From Candidatus Saccharimonadota bacterium (GTDB lineage: Bacteria; Patescibacteriota; Gracilibacteria; UBA4473): a DNA stretch of 32,000 nt. The translations under genes were made by a program, and so were the position numbers. Positions 31,793 through 32,000 of this stretch are shown in pieces (the stretch's first letter is position 1; each line of letters opens with the position of its first letter). The notes under the pieces are model-generated. The model was not told where the DNA came from. It ran no database searches and saw only the letters and a list, made by a program, of their open reading frames with translations. Location of the stretch: contig OY781871.1 in the NCBI GenBank assembly GCA_963677105.1, forward strand, positions 270,001 to 302,000, in the 5' to 3' direction.

Positions 31793-32000
31793 TTATTTAA
31801 TTTTTTTTATCTCAAGTAATTTTTTCTTATTCTGTTTTTTCTTTGGCACTAAAATCGTTAAAACCCCGTGTTTTGAACTACATTCTGCTTTATCAAGATC
31901 AGCAGTTGAAGGGAATTGAACTTTTTGATAAAAACTTGCTGTTGATCGATCACTTCGAAGATATGTTCCTTTTTTATCCTTTTCAGAAGAATCTTTTTTA
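31793..32000 (-). CDS. Hsp20/alpha-crystallin small heat-shock protein, C-terminal part (5-prime end outside the window)
   Basis: Not in the ORF track because no start lies in the window. My translation: KKDSSEKDKKGTYLRSDRSTASFYQKVQFPSTADLDKAECSSKHGVLTILVPKKKQNKKKLLEIKKIK, stop TAA at 31795-31793. FYQKVQFP...A....HGVLTILVPKK matches the ACD C-terminal strands. Confidence 0.7.
   Translation of the reverse strand, partial: KKDSSEKDKKGTYLRSDRSTASFYQKVQFPSTADLDKAECSSKHGVLTILVPKKKQNKKKLLEIKKIK

Overview
AT-rich (about one-third G+C by eye), gene-dense bacterial fragment. It reads cleanly in the standard code: TGA acts as a stop in several ATGA stop/start overlaps. No Shine-Dalgarno motif is visible ahead of any start codon. 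Two envelope proteins carry a TrbC/VirB2-like two-helix pilin hairpin of the kind enriched in Candidate Phyla Radiation (Patescibacteria)-type genomes, so an uncultivated small-genome lineage is my best guess (inference). Layout: (i) 1-8101, minus strand: a four-gene operon of large envelope proteins. These are a Cys-rich pilin-hairpin protein, a pilin-hairpin plus PKD protein, a 3-TM plus six-PKD protein, and a vWA/SLH-like secreted protein. The last is missing from the supplied ORF track because it runs off the left edge. A secreted anthrax-LF/PPEP-like zinc peptidase lies divergent to the operon. (ii) 9.1-11.3 kb: nucleotidyltransferase, DMT/EamA transporter, HAD phosphatase. (iii) 11.4-14.6 kb: membrane protein, NuoF-like flavoprotein and CpI-type [FeFe]-hydrogenase, translationally coupled. 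(iv) 14.7-18.1 kb, minus strand: a lipoprotein, then an acidic coiled-coil protein coupled to an 834-aa PG-binding/LRR-like protein. (v) 18.1-19.0 kb: an ORF-free gap in which a near-consensus promoter and an intrinsic terminator delimit a candidate ~530-nt ncRNA. (vi) 19.0-20.5 kb: PerR-like regulator with a perfect 9-1-9 operator, 2-Cys peroxiredoxin, desulfoferrodoxin. (vii) 20.5-24.4 kb: class Ia RNR arranged nrdA, thioredoxin-like [2Fe-2S] ferredoxin, nrdB. (viii) 24.4-27.3 kb: methyltransferase, short TspO, RimK-type ATP-grasp, and a RimJ/L-type GNAT ended by an in-frame TGA. (ix) 27.4-32.0 kb: HlyD-type adaptor, MacB-type ABC ATPase, FtsX-type permease, bPH-like membrane protein, partial Hsp20. 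Two families of short intergenic repeats recur through the window. I found no rRNA, tRNA, CRISPR array, transposase or integrase.
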